64,000 nucleotides of DNA from Polyangiaceae bacterium (GTDB lineage: Bacteria > Myxococcota_A > Polyangia > Polyangiales > Polyangiaceae): positions 3,136,001 to 3,200,000 of the forward strand of contig CBDCTZ010000016.1 of the NCBI GenBank assembly GCA_965222375.1, given 5' to 3'. Below, in pieces: positions 1 to 11,180 of the stretch. Position numbers and translations under genes: made by a program. Under the pieces are notes generated by a model, which was not told the DNA's origin, searched no databases, and was given only the letters and a program-made list of their open reading frames with translations. Position 1 is the first letter of the stretch. Each line of letters starts with the position of its first letter.

Positions 1-842
1 GGCCCGTGACGCAGGAACCTCGGTGCCAGGGTCTGCACAGCTCCATAGCCGACGACCCATAGCGCCATATAAGTGCCGACCTGCACGAAGCTGAAGTGCA
101 GTGCTTCGTAGAGGAATACGGGCAAAGCCACCACGAACCATACGTCGCGAGCGCAAAAGAGAAACATGCGAGCCAGAGACAACACGTTGATGGCGCGAGT
201 CTTGGATAGCAGCTGTGAGAACTTCAGCTTGGCTTTGGCGCGACCCAGGTCCGACGGTAGGAATGCACCGGCGACGGCAGCGGCAACTATTACGCTAGCC
301 GCCAGCGCCCACAGGGACTTGTCGAATCCGAGCCAGGCAAGCAGGGCGCCGCCGACGAAGAAGCCCCCGCCTTTGAGGGCATTCTTGGAACCCGTGAGCA
401 GCGCAACCCAGCGGAAGAGGGTGCCGGGCGCGTCCTTGGGCACCACCAGTTTGATCGCGCTCTTGGAGCTGAGCTTGGTCAGATCTTTGGCAATACCGCT
501 GATGCCTTGAGCTAACAGCACGTAGACGACCTGCTGGGCTACGGGCCATTGCGCGCTGAGCAGGCTCAACATGACGAGCGCTGAGACCTGTAGACACAGG
601 CCCGCAATGAGCGTGGTCTTGAGCCCGATGCGCGCAGCTAAGAAGCCGCCGAGCAGATTGGTCACAGCGCCGAATACCTCGTAGAGCACGAACAGCAGCG
701 CCAGGGAAAACGGTGTGTACCCCAGGGCGTGAAAGTGCAGCAGCACCAACATGCGCAGGGCGCCGTCCGTGAGCGTGAAGGCCCAGTAGGCCCCGGTCAC
801 GACCATGTAGTTGCGCACTCCGATGGCGTTTGCGGTCGCCAC
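1..842 (-). CDS. arsJ: Organoarsenical efflux MFS transporter ArsJ (3' end runs off the window)
   Basis: Manual minus-strand translation from GTG at 842: ...RNYMVVTGAYWAFTLTDGALRMLVLLHFH...GIAKDLTKLSSKSAIK...LTGSKNALKG; directly downstream of GAPDH and ArsR. Confidence 0.9.
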   Translation of the reverse strand, partial: MATANAIGVRNYMVVTGAYWAFTLTDGALRMLVLLHFHALGYTPFSLALLFVLYEVFGAVTNLLGGFLAARIGLKTTLIAGLCLQVSALVMLSLLSAQWPVAQQVVYVLLAQGISGIAKDLTKLSSKSAIKLVVPKDAPGTLFRWVALLTGSKNALKGGGFFVGGALLAWLGFDKSLWALAASVIVAAAVAGAFLPSDLGRAKAKLKFSQLLSKTRAINVLSLARMFLFCARDVWFVVALPVFLYEALHFSFVQVGTYMALWVVGYGAVQTLAPRFLRHG

Positions 843-844
843 CG

Positions 845-1858
845 TCAGCTCAGACTGCGCGCCACGAGCCTGGCCAGCTCGCTCATACGATGCACGTAGC
901 CCATCTCGTTATCGTACCAGGCCAGGATCTTCACCTGGGTGCCGTCTACTACCATGGTCGAGGGCCCGTCTACGATGGATGAGCGCGGATCGTTGAGGTA
1001 GTCGATGGACACTAGCGGGCGAGTTTCGAAACCAAGTATCCCAGCCAGGGGACCGCTTTCGGATGCCCCCTGCAGGAGCGAGTTGACTTCCTGTTTGCTG
1101 GTGGCGCTGTCGACTTCGAAGACGCAGTCGGTCAGAGATGCATTGAGCAATGGCACCCGAACCGCGACGCCGTTGAGCCGGCCCTCGAGCTCTGGGTAGA
1201 TCATGCCGATTGCGGTGGCCGAACCCGTGCTGGTCGGGATCAGCGAGAGCAGCGAAGAACGCGCCCGACGCAGGTCCTTGTGGGGCCCATCGACCACGGT
1301 TTGAGTGTTGGTGACGTCGTGGATCGTCGTGATCAGCCCATGACGAATGCCGAGCCCTTCGTGGATGACCTTGACCACCGGAGCGAGACAGTTCGTGGTG
1401 CAGGAGGCCGCCGTGATCATGTGGTGCTTGTCGGGCTGGTACAGGTCGTGATTGACGCCGACTACGATGTTCAGGGCGCCCTCCTTGACCGGAGCAGCGA
1501 CGATGACTTTCTTCACGCCGGCGTCGAAGTAGGGTGCGAGGCTATCGGGGGTGCGAAACTTGCCGCTGCATTCCAACACGATGTCCACGCCATGCTTTTG
1601 CCAGGGCACAGCACCCGGTGTGGTGTTGCGCGTGTAGCCGAGTTTGGATTCGCCGAGGCTCAAACTGGCTTCATCGTGGTTCGGGCTCTGCGAAAAGCGG
1701 CCGTGCACCGAATCGAATTCGAGCAGGTGTGCGGACAGCTCGGCGGTGGCGTTGGGCTCGTTGATGAGCACATAGTCCAGTTCGGGCCAGTCCCAGGACG
1801 TGCGGAGGGCCAATCGCCCCATACGTCCAAAGCCATTGATGCCAATCCGTACGCTCAT
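845..1858 (-). CDS. ArsJ-associated glyceraldehyde-3-phosphate dehydrogenase
   Basis: [11 protein letters not shown]ossmann motif and catalytic [13 protein letters not shown] at 1858 overlaps arsR stop (ATGA). Confidence 0.93.
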   Translation of the reverse strand: MSVRIGINGFGRMGRLALRTSWDWPELDYVLINEPNATAELSAHLLEFDSVHGRFSQSPNHDEASLSLGESKLGYTRNTTPGAVPWQKHGVDIVLECSGKFRTPDSLAPYFDAGVKKVIVAAPVKEGALNIVVGVNHDLYQPDKHHMITAASCTTNCLAPVVKVIHEGLGIRHGLITTIHDVTNTQTVVDGPHKDLRRARSSLLSLIPTSTGSATAIGMIYPELEGRLNGVAVRVPLLNASLTDCVFEVDSATSKQEVNSLLQGASESGPLAGILGFETRPLVSIDYLNDPRSSIVDGPSTMVVDGTQVKILAWYDNEMGYVHRMSELARLVARSLS

Positions 1859-2187
1859 GCCACTGCTCCCGCTTTGCCCCGCTCTGGCAAACACACTTCG
1901 GGGTTTCCGCCGCAGCAGTCGTTACTCAAAAACCCAATCAATTCGTTCATGGTGTCGAAGCGCGCGACGTAGCGAATGCTTCGCCCCTGCCGCCGCGCCT
2001 TGAGCAGCCCCGCCCGCGTCAGGAGCTTGAGGTGGAAGGACAGCGTGCCCGGTACCACGTGGAGCCGTTCCGCGATCGCGCCGGCGGCGACGCCTTGGGG
2101 CCCCGCGGCGACGAGCAATCGAAACACCTTGAGACGAGATTCTTGAGCGAGAGCGCTCAGAGCATCCAGAGCCTGGTCGGAGTTCAT
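1855..2187 (-). CDS. arsR: ArsR/SmtB family As(III)-responsive repressor with C-terminal cysteines
   Basis: [15 protein letters not shown]...TLSFHLKLL winged HTH; C-terminal CCGGNPEVC. Confidence 0.9.
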   Translation of the reverse strand: MNSDQALDALSALAQESRLKVFRLLVAAGPQGVAAGAIAERLHVVPGTLSFHLKLLTRAGLLKARRQGRSIRYVARFDTMNELIGFLSNDCCGGNPEVCLPERGKAGAVA

Positions 2188-2188
2188 G

Positions 2189-2223
2189 TTTCGATATTTA
2201 TAATAATATCAAAATATAGTCAA
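2189..2223 (-). promoter_or_regulatory. ars promoter/operator
   Basis: Inverted repeat TTTCGATATT-N6-AATATCAAAA (2189-2214); minus strand TTGACT-N17-TAAATA ends just before the arsR ATG. Confidence 0.7.
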
Positions 2224-2358
2224 GGCCGTACGTCCGAGGAGGGCCCCTCACCACGCCATCCCAGCGGGTCCCCGACGCATTTTCCAGTTGACTCGAACGC
2301 AAAACTGCTCCCCAGCGCAAACCCAGCAGGAGGCCAAGCAGCCGTACTGCGGGGTGCC

Positions 2359-2385
2359 TAAAGGCAACTCCGATCCGACCGAATG
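2359..2385 (+). promoter_or_regulatory. sigma28-like promoter of the che operon
   Basis: TAAA-N15-ACCGAATG upstream of SD GGAG and cheA ATG. Confidence 0.65.
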
Positions 2386-2410
2386 AGATACAGGAAGGAG
2401 TTATTGCTGA

Positions 2411-4705
2411 ATGGCGGAAGAAATCGTCGAGGAGTTCCTCGTCGAGAGCCGTGAGGGGCTCGACCGAGTGGAGCGTGACCTGGTCACTCTCGAGCAGGAT
2501 CCCGCAGCCGGGGAGGTCGTCGATCGCATCTTCCGAGATGTCCACACCATCAAAGGCGTGTGCGGCTTCTTGGCGTTCAATAACCTCGAGCGAGTCGCAC
2601 ACGCCGCCGAAAACGTCCTGGGCAAGATCAGGGCCAACGAACTTGTCGTCTCCAAGCAGGTGATCGGAGCGCTCCTTGGCACGGTCGACGCGATTCGGCG
2701 GATGCTCGAGCTGATCGAGCGGACGGAGTCGGACGGGGATGAGCCCTATGCAGAGCTCGTCGCGCAGCTCACGTCGATGATTGAGCCGGCACCCGAGGCG
2801 TCCGCCCCCGCGGGCGACCAGCCAAGCTCTGTTCGACCCCTTGGCGAGGTGCTTGTTGCCCAGGGCGTGCCGCAACAAGCAATTGACGACGCGATTCGGG
2901 CGCAGGAGGAAGGCGACCCGCGGCGTATTGGCGAGATCCTAGTCCGGCGCGGCAGCGTCCGCCCGAAGGACGTGGCCGATGCTCTCGACGTACAAGACCA
3001 GGCGCGACAAGACATTCTGAGCGCCAAGGACGCGACCATTCGCGTCAGCGTCGATCTGTTGGACAAGTTGATGAACCTGGTGGGAGAGCTCGTCTTGGTT
3101 CGCAACCAGATTCTCCAGACCACGCTCGACACCAATGACGTTGTCGCAGGAAACAACGCGCAGAGGCTGAACCTGGTTACCACCGAGTTGCAGGAAGGTG
3201 TCATGAAGACTCGGATGCAGCCCATCGGTACCGTCTGGGGGAAACTCCCGCGGGTTGTACGTGATCTGGCGAGTGCCTGCGGCAAGCGCGTGCGCCTCGA
3301 GCTCGAAGGCAGGGATACCGAACTCGACAAGACCATCATCGAAGCGATCAAGGACCCGCTCACGCACCTGGTGCGAAACGCTTGCGACCACGGGCTGGAG
3401 ACGCCAGCGGAGCGCACCTCGGCCGGCAAGCCTGCGGAGGGAGTCCTTCGCTTGCGGGCCTACCACGAAGGGGGGCAGGTTATCATCGAGGTCTCTGACG
3501 ATGGCAGGGGCATCGACGCAGGGAAAGTCAGGGAGAAGGCTTTCAAGAAGGGATTTCTCACGCCGGGTCAAGCCTCCGCCATGGGTGAACGCGAGGCACT
3601 GAATCTGGCGTTCCTGCCAGGCTTGTCGACGGCCGAAAAAGTGACGAACGTGTCTGGTCGTGGCGTCGGAATGGACGTCGTCAAAACAAACATCGAGCAC
3701 ATTGGTGGGACAATCGACCTGAACAGCAGCGTGGGCGTGCAGACGACGATCCGCGTCAAGATCCCGCTCACCCTCGCCATCATCCCGGCGCTAGTTGTCG
3801 GCTGCAAAGGCGACAACTACGCGATCCCTCAAGTGAGTCTCGTGGAACTCGTACTCCTCAGGGGAGACGAGCGGGATCGTGTCGAGCACGTGAACGGCAC
3901 GCCAGTCTACCGCCTGCGTGGGAAGCTCCTACCCATCGTCTTTCTCTCAGAGCAGCTCGGCCTTGGGGAGGGCGAAATGGCAGGTCAGGGCGACGTCAAC
4001 ATCGTCGTGCTTCAAGCAGACGGTCGGCAGTTCGGTGTGGTTGTCGACGAGGTGCGCGACACAGAGGAGATCGTCGTCAAGCCCTTGGGCAAGGAACTCA
4101 AAGGCCTCGGCGCGTACGCCGGAGCGACGATCATGGGAGACGGTGCAGTCGCTCTCATTCTTGACGTGCTTGGACTTGCCCAGCGTGCGCGCATCGTCTC
4201 CGAGAAGGGGCAGGGGGTCGTCGAGGATGCTCAGGTTTCGGAGGAGTCCGCGACCGTCGAAGCGGAGTCCCTCTTGCTTTTCGATGCGATCCAAGGGGCG
4301 CCGGTTGCGATCCCCCTTGCGCGGATAGACCGGCTAGAGGAATTCGCCAGCGCACGGGTCCAGACCCTCGGTATGCGCGACGTGGTGCAGTATCGCGGCA
4401 TGATCATGCCGATTGTTCACCTCGGCCAAGCGGTGTACGGGGTCCCTCTGGCCGAGGCGCGCCAAGGTGACACCTGGCAGGTGGTTGTGATTCGGTGCGG
4501 CGAAACCGTGCTTGGGTTGGTCGTTGATCGACTGGTGGACATCCTCGATGCCCGATTCGAGCTTCGCCCCGTGGGGCGGCGCCACGGAATTCTAGGAACG
4601 GGCATTGTTCAGGGACGGGTCGTGGAGATGCTCGACGTGGACACGATCTTGGCGACAGCCGTGCCGGAGCTCACCGAAGGCCAGTCATGGTCGGAGGCTA
4701 GCTGA
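2411..4705 (+). CDS. cheA: Chemotaxis histidine kinase CheA with two CheW-like domains
   Basis: Hpt FRDVHTIKG, LDKLMNLVGELV, HLVRNACDHG, SGRGVGMDVV, KIPLTLAII, then two CheW-like regions. Confidence 0.96.
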   Translation: MAEEIVEEFLVESREGLDRVERDLVTLEQDPAAGEVVDRIFRDVHTIKGVCGFLAFNNLERVAHAAENVLGKIRANELVVSKQVIGALLGTVDAIRRMLELIERTESDGDEPYAELVAQLTSMIEPAPEASAPAGDQPSSVRPLGEVLVAQGVPQQAIDDAIRAQEEGDPRRIGEILVRRGSVRPKDVADALDVQDQARQDILSAKDATIRVSVDLLDKLMNLVGELVLVRNQILQTTLDTNDVVAGNNAQRLNLVTTELQEGVMKTRMQPIGTVWGKLPRVVRDLASACGKRVRLELEGRDTELDKTIIEAIKDPLTHLVRNACDHGLETPAERTSAGKPAEGVLRLRAYHEGGQVIIEVSDDGRGIDAGKVREKAFKKGFLTPGQASAMGEREALNLAFLPGLSTAEKVTNVSGRGVGMDVVKTNIEHIGGTIDLNSSVGVQTTIRVKIPLTLAIIPALVVGCKGDNYAIPQVSLVELVLLRGDERDRVEHVNGTPVYRLRGKLLPIVFLSEQLGLGEGEMAGQGDVNIVVLQADGRQFGVVVDEVRDTEEIVVKPLGKELKGLGAYAGATIMGDGAVALILDVLGLAQRARIVSEKGQGVVEDAQVSEESATVEAESLLLFDAIQGAPVAIPLARIDRLEEFASARVQTLGMRDVVQYRGMIMPIVHLGQAVYGVPLAEARQGDTWQVVVIRCGETVLGLVVDRLVDILDARFELRPVGRRHGILGTGIVQGRVVEMLDVDTILATAVPELTEGQSWSEAS

Positions 4706-4706
4706 G

Positions 4707-5156
4707 ATGGGACAGTACTGCACATTCCATGTGGCGGACCTTCACTTCGGGGTCGAAGTCGAGCGAGTACAGGAGGTTCTGCGCCATCAGTGCATCACGC
4801 GCGTACCCCTCGCAGATGAGGTTGTCCGCGGCCTGATCAACTTGCGGGGAGAGATCGTTACCGCACTCGATTTGCGACGTAGACTCGGGCTCGCCGACGG
4901 CGACAGCATCGAGGAGCTAATGAATGTGGTCGTTCGCACCCCAGATGGCGGTGCGGTCAGTTTCCTCGTCGACAGGATTGGCGATGTTGTTGATGTTCCG
5001 AGCAGCCAGTCGGAGGCACCACCCGAGACTCTAGACGGGGTCACCCGCGCGCTTGTTCGTAGCATTTGCAAGCTCGATGGCAGCTTGCTTCTGATTCTCG
5101 ACACCATCGAAGCGCTGAAGTTTACGAATGGCGAAGAGCGCCAAGGGAGCAACTGA
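4707..5156 (+). CDS. cheW: Chemotaxis adaptor CheW
   Basis: QYCTFHV...ITRVPLA...[13 protein letters not shown] 1 nt after the cheA stop. Confidence 0.93.
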   Translation: MGQYCTFHVADLHFGVEVERVQEVLRHQCITRVPLADEVVRGLINLRGEIVTALDLRRRLGLADGDSIEELMNVVVRTPDGGAVSFLVDRIGDVVDVPSSQSEAPPETLDGVTRALVRSICKLDGSLLLILDTIEALKFTNGEERQGSN

Positions 5157-7369
5157 TGACGGACCTACTGGATAATGAAACCGCGACGAACATCGAAGTC
5201 CCGCAGACACAAGGTGGCGTCAAGACCAGGAATGGTGCGGGCAAACGAACTACGGCGAGGACGGCAAAACGCGCGTCGACTCGATCGGCTGTAGACGACT
5301 CCGAACTGCTCGACCTTCGTGGTCAAATCGACGCCATCCGCAAGGCGCAGGCGGTGATCGAGTTCAATATGGATGGGACGATCATCGACGCGAACGACAA
5401 CTTCCTCAATGCTGTTGGCTACCGTCTGGAAGAAATCAAGGGGCAGCACCACCGAATGTTCGTGGAGCCGGCCTTCGCACACAGCGCTGAATACGCCGAG
5501 TTCTGGGCGAAGCTCAGTCGGGGTGAACACGAGGCGAAGGAGTACAAGCGCCTCGGCAAGGGCGGCAAGGAAGTATGGATTCAGGCGTCCTACAATCCCA
5601 TCCTCGACCTGAATGGCAAGCCGTTCAAGGTCGTCAAGTACGCCACCGATGTCACCGAGCAGAAGCTGGAGACCGCCAACTTCGAAGGTCAGATCGAGGC
5701 TATTGGCAAGGCGCAGGCGGTGATCGAGTTCAATATGGATGGGACGATCATCGACGCGAACGACAACTTCCTCAATGCTGTTGGCTACCGTCTGGAAGAA
5801 ATCAAGGGGCAGCACCACCGAATGTTCGTGGAGCCGGCCTTCGCACACAGCGCTGAATACGCCGAGTTCTGGGCGAAGCTCAGTCGGGGTGAACACGAGG
5901 CGAAGGAGTACAAGCGCCTCGGCAAGGGCGGCAAGGAAGTATGGATTCAGGCGTCCTACAATCCCATCCTCGACCTGAATGGCAAGCCGTTCAAGGTCGT
6001 CAAGTACGCCACCGATGTTACCAAGCAGAAGCTGGAGACCGCCAACTTCGAAGGTCAGATCGAGGCTATTGGCAAGGCGCAGGCGGTGATCGAGTTCAAT
6101 ATGGATGGGACGATCATCGACGCGAACGACAACTTCCTCAATGCTGTTGGCTACCGTCTGGAAGAAATCAAGGGGCAGCACCACCGAATGTTCGTGGAGC
6201 CGACCTTCGCACACAGCGCGGAGTACGCCGAGTTCTGGGCGAAGCTCAATCGGGGAGAATACGAGACGAAGGAATACAAGCGTCTCGGCAAAGGCGGCAA
6301 GGAAGTTTGGATTCAGGCGTCCTACAATCCCATCCTCGACCTGAATGGCAAGCCGTTCAAGGTCGTCAAGTACGCCACCGATGTTACCAAGCAGAAACTG
6401 GCTGCGGTCGAACTTCAAACAAAGGTCGATTCCATGCTTGTGGTCATTGCGGCCGCGGCGAAGGGGGACCTCACCAAGACCGTCGATACTTGCGGAGACG
6501 ACGCCATCGGTAAGATGGGAGAAGGGCTCGCAGGGTTCCTCGGAGACCTCCGCGAAACGGTAGCCGGTATCGGGCGCCATTCATCTGGTCTTGGTGCATC
6601 CTCGCAGCAACTGCTCGAGGTCAGTCAGACCATGGGGGCCACCGCCGAAGAAACTTCTCGCCAAGCAACTGTCGTGTCGGCCGCCGCCCAGCAAGTTAGT
6701 CAAAACGTCAGCACCGTCGCCGCAGGCGTCGAAGAACTCAACACCAGCGTCCGCGAAATCGCTGAAAATGCCGCGGAGGCATCCTCGGTGGCGACCGAAG
6801 GCGTGCGCGTCGCCGAGTCAACCACCGGCAGCGTTGCGAAGCTAGGTGAGAGTAGCACCGAGATCGGCAAGGTCATCAAGGTCATCACATCTATCGCGCA
6901 GCAGACGAATCTCCTGGCGCTCAATGCAACCATCGAGGCTGCTCGTGCAGGCGAAGCGGGCAAGGGCTTTGCGGTTGTTGCGAACGAGGTGAAGGAGCTT
7001 GCGAAGGAAACCGCCAAAGCCACCGAGGACATCGGGCAGAAGATCGAAGCTATTCAAGGAGATACTGGAGACGCGGTCACCGCCATCGAGCGGATCAGCA
7101 CCATCATTGGGAGAATCAACGAAATACAAACCACCATTGCAACGGCTGTGGAGGAGCAGACGGCGACGACGACAGAGATCAGTCGCAACATTGGAGAGGC
7201 GTCGCGCGGCTCCAGCGACATTGCCGAGAACATCGAGAGCGTCGCGCAAGCCGCACAGAGCACGGCTGAAGGCGCCGCTGCGACGCAGACCGCGGCGCAA
7301 GAGCTTGGCGGAATGTCCAAGGACCTGAATGAGATGGTTGGGCAATTCAGCTACGGTGCGGTCCAATAG
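5156..7369 (+). CDS. Soluble methyl-accepting chemotaxis protein with three PAS domains
   Basis: Three [19 protein letters not shown]...[15 protein letters not shown] units; [34 protein letters not shown] hairpin; no hydrophobic TM segment; TGATG coupling to cheW. Confidence 0.95.
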   Translation: MTDLLDNETATNIEVPQTQGGVKTRNGAGKRTTARTAKRASTRSAVDDSELLDLRGQIDAIRKAQAVIEFNMDGTIIDANDNFLNAVGYRLEEIKGQHHRMFVEPAFAHSAEYAEFWAKLSRGEHEAKEYKRLGKGGKEVWIQASYNPILDLNGKPFKVVKYATDVTEQKLETANFEGQIEAIGKAQAVIEFNMDGTIIDANDNFLNAVGYRLEEIKGQHHRMFVEPAFAHSAEYAEFWAKLSRGEHEAKEYKRLGKGGKEVWIQASYNPILDLNGKPFKVVKYATDVTKQKLETANFEGQIEAIGKAQAVIEFNMDGTIIDANDNFLNAVGYRLEEIKGQHHRMFVEPTFAHSAEYAEFWAKLNRGEYETKEYKRLGKGGKEVWIQASYNPILDLNGKPFKVVKYATDVTKQKLAAVELQTKVDSMLVVIAAAAKGDLTKTVDTCGDDAIGKMGEGLAGFLGDLRETVAGIGRHSSGLGASSQQLLEVSQTMGATAEETSRQATVVSAAAQQVSQNVSTVAAGVEELNTSVREIAENAAEASSVATEGVRVAESTTGSVAKLGESSTEIGKVIKVITSIAQQTNLLALNATIEAARAGEAGKGFAVVANEVKELAKETAKATEDIGQKIEAIQGDTGDAVTAIERISTIIGRINEIQTTIATAVEEQTATTTEISRNIGEASRGSSDIAENIESVAQAAQSTAEGAAATQTAAQELGGMSKDLNEMVGQFSYGAVQ
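5341..6400 (+). repeat. Near-identical 366-bp tandem repeat (about 2.9 copies) encoding the PAS domains
   Basis: CAAGGCGCAGGCGGTGATCGAGTTCAATATGG begins at 5341, 5707 and 6073. Confidence 0.95.
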
Positions 7370-7499
7370 TGACCCAACACCGCACTGCCCTCGTTGGCGA
7401 GAGTCATGCGTCCTCAGGTTGCGACCGAGATTCCTTCATGAAACGTCTCCCTTCTTGCGAAGTACGGCTGACGATCCAGCTGTTCTGGGCTGTGGCGTC

Positions 7500-8621
7500 G
7501 TGTTGAAGCCGGTTCGAGTCCTGCTGGTCGACGACTCGGTTGTGATCCGCCGGCTCGTGGCGGACGCACTCTCTGCGGATTCGCGGATCGAGATTGTCGG
7601 TACCGCACCCAACGGTCGGATCGGCCTCAGCAAGATCGAGCGCCTGAAGCCAGAAGTCGTCGTGCTTGATGTGGAGATGCCGGTTCTTGACGGCCTGGGT
7701 ACGCTTGCGGAGCTGCGCAAGCTGGTGCGCGCGCCCCGCGTGATCATGTTCAGCACCATAACCACGCAAGGGGCCAAAGCAACTGTAGAGGCGCTCGCTC
7801 TGGGTGCAGCTGACTACGTTACCAAGCCAGCGAATGTCGGGAGCGTCGCGGAAGCGCAGCATCGCGTGCGCGAGGAATTGGTCCCCAAGGTTCTCGCCCT
7901 CGTGCGGCGATACGTCACCGCGGAGCGTGCGGCCCAGAAGAGCCTGCCCTGTGCGAGACCTCGTGTCACTCCGCCTGCCTTTCGCACGCGTCCTGCACCA
8001 GTGGATGTCATCGTGATCGGCTCGTCAACCGGGGGGCCCAACGCGCTCGCCGAAGTGATCTCGCAGCTGCCATCGCCGTTGCCTGTGCCACTGTTGATCG
8101 CGCAACACATGCCCCCGATGTTCACAAAGATGCTGGCAGCACGTCTTGATGAGCTCAGCCCGCTTACCGTGACCGAGGCAAAGTCGGGCGATTCGCTCTC
8201 GCCCGACCGCGCCTACGTAGCGCCGGGTGGGCTTCACCTATCCGTCGCGCCGGGCGGCCTGCAGGGGAGTGGGTATATCACTCGCGTGCACGATGGGCCT
8301 CCCGAGAACTCATGTCGACCCGCGGTGGATGTGCTCTTCCGGTCTGCTGTGGAGGCGTTCGGTGCGCATACGTTGGGTGTCGTGCTCACCGGAATGGGCA
8401 AGGACGGGCTCGTTGGGTGTGAGCTCATCAAGGCGGCCGGCGGGCAGGTGGTGTCTCAGGATGAGGAGACATCTGTGGTCTGGGGAATGCCGGGCTGGGT
8501 AGCGAAGTGCGGGGTGACGGATCGCGTAGCGCCTATTTCGGACATTTCCGTCGAGATCGAGCGCCGGCTCAGACCCCAGCGACCTGGGGTGGGGCAGGTG
8601 CGGTCGCAGAGATCCGCATGA
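7500..8621 (+). CDS. cheB: Chemotaxis methylesterase CheB (REC plus esterase)
   Basis: VRVLLVDDS, LDVEMP, IGSSTGGP, QHMPPMFT, RPAVDVLF, LTGMGKDG; start codon estimated. Confidence 0.95.
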   Translation: MLKPVRVLLVDDSVVIRRLVADALSADSRIEIVGTAPNGRIGLSKIERLKPEVVVLDVEMPVLDGLGTLAELRKLVRAPRVIMFSTITTQGAKATVEALALGAADYVTKPANVGSVAEAQHRVREELVPKVLALVRRYVTAERAAQKSLPCARPRVTPPAFRTRPAPVDVIVIGSSTGGPNALAEVISQLPSPLPVPLLIAQHMPPMFTKMLAARLDELSPLTVTEAKSGDSLSPDRAYVAPGGLHLSVAPGGLQGSGYITRVHDGPPENSCRPAVDVLFRSAVEAFGAHTLGVVLTGMGKDGLVGCELIKAAGGQVVSQDEETSVVWGMPGWVAKCGVTDRVAPISDISVEIERRLRPQRPGVGQVRSQRSA

Positions 8622-9442
8622 CCAAGCCCGTGCTGCACCAGTTCATTCGAGACTTCCTCCGACAGCGCTGTGCGATCGTGCTCGACGCGAATAAGGGATA
8701 TCTCATTGAGTCCCGCCTCGGGCCGCTGTGCCCTTCTCACGACTGCGCCGACCTCGGAGAGCTGGTGGAGACTCTGCGGAAGGAACCGGGCGGAGCCCTG
8801 GCCCAGGACGTGATCGAAGCACTGACCACGAACGAGACCAGCTTCTATCGTGACCCTAACTGCTGGCGCGCCCTCAGGGAAGAAGTCCTCCCCGAGTTGA
8901 TTAGACGTAGAGCGCGCTTTCGTACGTTGAACATCTGGAGCGCCGCGGCGTCTACAGGGCAAGAAGCGTATTCGCTCGCCATGATACTCTACGAAATGCC
9001 AGCCCTTGTAGGCTGGCGTGTCAACATTGTCGCGACAGATATAGACGAACGTGTGCTTGCACATGCTTCCAAGGGTGAGTACTCGCAGCTAGAGGTGAGC
9101 CGGGGACTCCCCAACGCCCTGCTCGAGAAGCACCTTAGCGCGGTGGGTACAGCGTGGCGGGTGCGCGGCCACATTCGTAGGATGGTTACGTTTGAGAAGC
9201 TAAACCTCGCGCAACCATGGTCCAGGAAGGAAACCATGGATCTGGTACTCATGCGCAACGTGCTCATCTATTTCGACCAGGCAACGAAGCGGGACGTCTT
9301 GGTGCGCGTGGCCGACATTCTCCGACCGGACGGGTATCTCTGTCTGGGCGGCGCGGAAACAACTCTCAACATCACTGGCAGATTCATCCCCGTGCGAATG
9401 GGTCGGACGACCATGTATAGGCTGCCAAAAGGAGCACCGTGA
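8618..9442 (+). CDS. cheR: Chemotaxis methyltransferase CheR
   Basis: LTTNETSFYRD, IWSAAASTGQEAYS, RNVLIYFD; ATGA overlap with cheB. Confidence 0.95.
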   Translation: MTKPVLHQFIRDFLRQRCAIVLDANKGYLIESRLGPLCPSHDCADLGELVETLRKEPGGALAQDVIEALTTNETSFYRDPNCWRALREEVLPELIRRRARFRTLNIWSAAASTGQEAYSLAMILYEMPALVGWRVNIVATDIDERVLAHASKGEYSQLEVSRGLPNALLEKHLSAVGTAWRVRGHIRRMVTFEKLNLAQPWSRKETMDLVLMRNVLIYFDQATKRDVLVRVADILRPDGYLCLGGAETTLNITGRFIPVRMGRTTMYRLPKGAP

Positions 9443-9783
9443 CGCGGTCGAAACATACGTGGCGCGGCCTGCCGCCGCGAAGTCGGCGAAACGGTCTGCC
9501 GGCCCCGTCGGGCGAGCAGCGTTGTCCCAAGTGACCGAAGCGCTACCAGCAGACCGAGGTGCCGCCCGTCGAGCCGCACACCACGTGTCAGCGGGCATCC
9601 GAAACAGCGTCTAAGTGGGTGGCATGGCGGTGGTGCCCAGATTTGCGCGTGAGTGAAGCCCAGATTTACGCCATCTGTTTGAGCGCGTGAAATTGGGCCT
9701 GGTCGGGTGGGCGCCTGGAACGGGGGGCAGCCGAGGGGCCAAGAGTGAGGCGGCACGGCACGCCGTCCTCGAGGCCAAGCCCA

Positions 9784-10134
9784 ATGATGCGTCTGTCTGC
9801 CCAGCTTCAGGTTTCGAAAACGGAGATGCAACTTCTGGTGAGGTGTCCGGAAGAAGGCGATGTGCTGAAGGCGAGGCTGTCGCTGCGGCCGTCCCACCCT
9901 CGCGCTCTTCTAACATTGCTCGAAGGGCTAGCGCTGTGGAGCGGAGCGAAACTCTGCGTTGCGATTACTGCGGAGCAGAACTGCCCAAGTTGGCTCGACT
10001 CGGGGCTATTTGGCGACGAGCTATGGCCCGGGGAAAGCCAACTCGTGCAGTACGAGGTCGTCGGCCGCGCCCGCCCAAAGCGCCTGCGCGGCGTGGGTGA
10101 CTTTCGTCGCATACGTGGACGAGGTGCGCGGTGA
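9784..10134 (+). CDS. Hypothetical accessory protein of the IS21 element
   Basis: Intact 116-aa frame (GDVLKARL...[17 protein letters not shown]); stop overlaps the istA GTG (GTGA). Confidence 0.65.
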   Translation: MMRLSAQLQVSKTEMQLLVRCPEEGDVLKARLSLRPSHPRALLTLLEGLALWSGAKLCVAITAEQNCPSWLDSGLFGDELWPGESQLVQYEVVGRARPKRLRGVGDFRRIRGRGAR

Positions 10135-10789
10135 TCAGCAAGGGGCGCAGGGCCGAGATTCTGCGCCTGTACCACGCGGAGAAGTGGAAGATCGGGACGA
10201 TTGCCCAGCAGCTTGGCATCAGTATCGCGATCTCGACGATCTGAATCAGCAGGCGCTCGACTGGTGCCTGGGCACTGCGGCAGAGCGTCGCTGTCCGGAG
10301 GATGGGACCCTGAAGGTCTCGGAGGCCTTCGCCGAGGAAAAGCCGCGCCTGTTGGAGCTGCCGAACCATCCATTCCTGACTGACGAGCGCATCGAGGTTG
10401 CCGTGGGCAAGACGCCTTACGTGCGTTTCGACCTGAACGACTACTCCATTCCGGCGCCATCGTCCCGAAAGCTTTTCAAAGTGCTGGCCGAGCAAGGCAA
10501 GAACCTGGGCGGCGCGACGATTGCGATGCTCAAGTAGCTGGACCGAGTTGGGGCTGCGGAGCTGGAAGCTGCGCTCGCCGAGGTTGTGCAACTCGGCACG
10601 CCACACCTTGCCGCTGTGCACCACGTCCTCGAGCGACGCCGCTACGAGCGCGGCACCCCTCCACCCGTGGGGCGACACCTTCCCGACGACGACCGTGTGC
10701 AAGGCCCGGTCGTCACCCCGCATTCACTCAGCGACTACGACGATATTGGGAGAGACGATGATGACAACGACGACGAGCGATCAGGCTGA
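10131..10789 (+). pseudogene. istA: IS21 transposase IstA relic
   Basis: N-terminal [23 protein letters not shown] jumps frame to post-core [13 protein letters not shown]...VGKTPYVRFDLNDYSIP; DDE core missing; in-frame TAG at 10535. Confidence 0.8.
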
Positions 10790-11180
10790 CAAGGATCCGC
10801 GAGAGCGTGCGCACCGCCTGGGGTTGCACGGTCTTCTGGCCAACTGGGACGACGTGGTGAGCGCAGATTGGCTTGGTCCCTTGCTCGCCTGCGAGGAAGC
10901 CGAACGCACCCGGCGCAGTCTGGAACGTCGCATCAAGCATGCCCGACTGGGTCGATTCAAACTGCTCGCCGACTTCGATTGGAAGTGGCCGAAGAAGATC
11001 GACAAGAGCGCCGTCGACGAACTCTTCCGCCTCAATCTATTCGCCGAAGGCGCCAACGCCGTGTTGCTCGGGCCCAACGGCGTCGGCAAGACGATGTTGC
11101 TCAAGAATCTCGCACATCACTGCGTGATGCGCGGCTACAACGAACGCGCCGCCTCCAAAAAGGCGAACAAGACCAAATAG
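10758..11180 (+). pseudogene. istB: IS21 ATPase IstB, internally deleted
   Basis: RSLERRIKHARLGRFKLLADFDWKWPK and Walker A GPNGVGKT; Walker B region missing. Confidence 0.8.

Noticed and set aside
845..1858. Housekeeping glycolytic gapA
   Set aside because: Coupled to arsR and arsJ with no pgk or tpi nearby; fits the arsenate-resistance paralogue
5165..6580. Long antisense ORFs (for example 5165-6580, 30688-31791, 35715-36830, 43778-44965)
   Set aside because: Shadows of well-supported genes on the opposite strand, as expected in high-GC DNA; no recognisable motifs
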